A stretch of DNA of 62,477 bases, the filler included, from Sphacelaria rigidula (taxonomy: Eukaryota), in the NCBI GenBank assembly GCA_964200075.2. It is 6 parts of 6 records of this genome, joined end to end, with 100 filler letters (N's around TTAATTAATTAA, not from the genome) between each part and the next. Parts side by side here need not be neighbours in the genome. Positions count along the whole stretch, not along the records: positions 52,149 to 62,477 come from CAXNAA020006712.1; 5 more parts are not named here. One strand, written 5' to 3'. The position numbers and the translations under genes are program-made. Shown here one piece after another: positions 61,308-62,477 of the stretch (within the stretch, counting starts at the first letter, position 1; every line of letters begins with the position of its first letter). Under the pieces are notes generated by a model. That model saw only the letters and a list, made by a program, of their open reading frames with translations. It ran no database searches and was not told the origin of the DNA.

Positions 61308-62082
61308 CTACGGAAGGGAAAACAACACACCACAGCGAACTCAACGAAGAACCCTGAAGAAACTAACCATTCCTGTTTCCCACACGGATCTGTACACCAA
61401 TTACGGTCTGTAAGCGCATGCCAGTCCCCGTTATGAATTTCATGCCTTCCTGAAAACATGGCATGACTTATCTCGGTCTCCGCGCTGGAGCTATCAATCT
61501 GAAGCGAACATCACAACTCACACGGCGGCGTCCACTTGGAGCTGTTTCATAATGATGCCACGCCTGTGATGTTAAGTCACGTGGCCTGGCCACGAGTCTA
61601 GCGACACGCACGCAGGGTGCTCCGCAAGTTAAAACCCCTTCCCAAATCCTTTCCGGTATGTGGAAAAACATTACTCTCGACCACAGCGCATTCGCATTTG
61701 GTCTTTAGAGAGAGAAACGCACTCATACATTTGAATCTACACGAAAGTGATCCATGCTGGGTACCTCTGCAGCCAGCTTGGTGAGCACAAAAGACGGAGA
61801 GAGCTCTGAATCTCAAAAAGACCTACAGCAGAGGATACATAGACACCACCAACTGAAGGTGCGTGCCGCCTACTGTGTTCATAAACGGTGTAGTGCCTTC
61901 GAGCAACATCGCCAATGACCATGTCGTAAACAAAGTTACCCTCACAATGTACCACGTTCTCTGGTACAACAGTTGCCTTAGGCAGCACGTACCGGGCGGG
62001 ATATCTACCATTGGTGAAGTTTTCAACAGAGCTATAAAGGTTTGAGGAGCGGTTAGACTCTCCTCTCAGTACATACTCTCAC

Positions 62083-62159
62083 CGCTGCCCAAAGAAAGTG
62101 ACGCCAAGCCGTCCTCGAAAGCTGAGTGCGTGTCCACATGTGGTGAGATGCCCTGACCT
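62083..62159 (-). CDS. ALKBH8: ALKBH8-type exon with the HxD iron-binding motif
   Basis: attatcag acceptor and gtgaga donor; GQGISPHVDTHSAFEDGLASLSLGS joins in phase 1 to the 61307 exon; H(I/V)DTHSAF is characteristic of ALKBH8. Not shown in the correct frame by the ORF track. Confidence 0.9.
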
Positions 62160-62477
62160 CTGATAATGCGGGAAAAGCGACCCCCCACCACCACAAATGA
62201 AAACTGTCGATCAGGTCATCTTGAGATGTTACGATCACTCTTGAACACAGCAAAAAGTACGAGAAAAAGAAAGCGAGAGCTGACTAGAACAATCGACTAT
62301 ATACAGCAGGGTGAGGCCTCGGTCGGGTTCTATTTGCAAAGCGGCTCTGCACGAGGCACGATTGTCACCGACAACCAACGAATGATCCTACGGTCAGGGC
62401 GGGCGTACTCATTTGTTGCTTGCCTTAGTCGTTTGACCATTGACCACGCATTCCTTTCGAGACGGAGCACGGTAGGG

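Overview
Eukaryotic, repeat-rich genomic DNA. I infer a brown alga or related stramenopile from the GT-AG introns and the style of the RTE, Copia and Gypsy elements; this is not proven. The window is not one locus. It is six unrelated contigs of 10330, 10330, 10330, 10329, 10329 and 10329 bp joined by identical artificial 100-bp linkers (N44-TTAATTAATTAA-N44), so nothing should be inferred across linkers. Host genes recovered by manual splicing: a complete 4-exon D-type cyclin with an LxCxE motif (contig 1), an unidentified multi-exon gene plus divergent candidate exons (contig 2), one alpha2delta-like VWA exon (contig 4) and two ALKBH8 exons (contig 6). The rest is mostly transposon debris: a degenerate chromodomain Ty3/Gypsy, RTE and other LINE fragments, a gag-protease-only Copia-type element with paired LTRs and TSD plus a solo LTR, an RT-less Copia ORF, and several MITE families. 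The most unusual items are a TGT...ACA MITE family carrying telomere-like repeats, the two RT-less Copia derivatives, and a 2.4-kb nested palindrome downstream of an ALKBH8 splice donor. I found no convincing multi-gene novel system.
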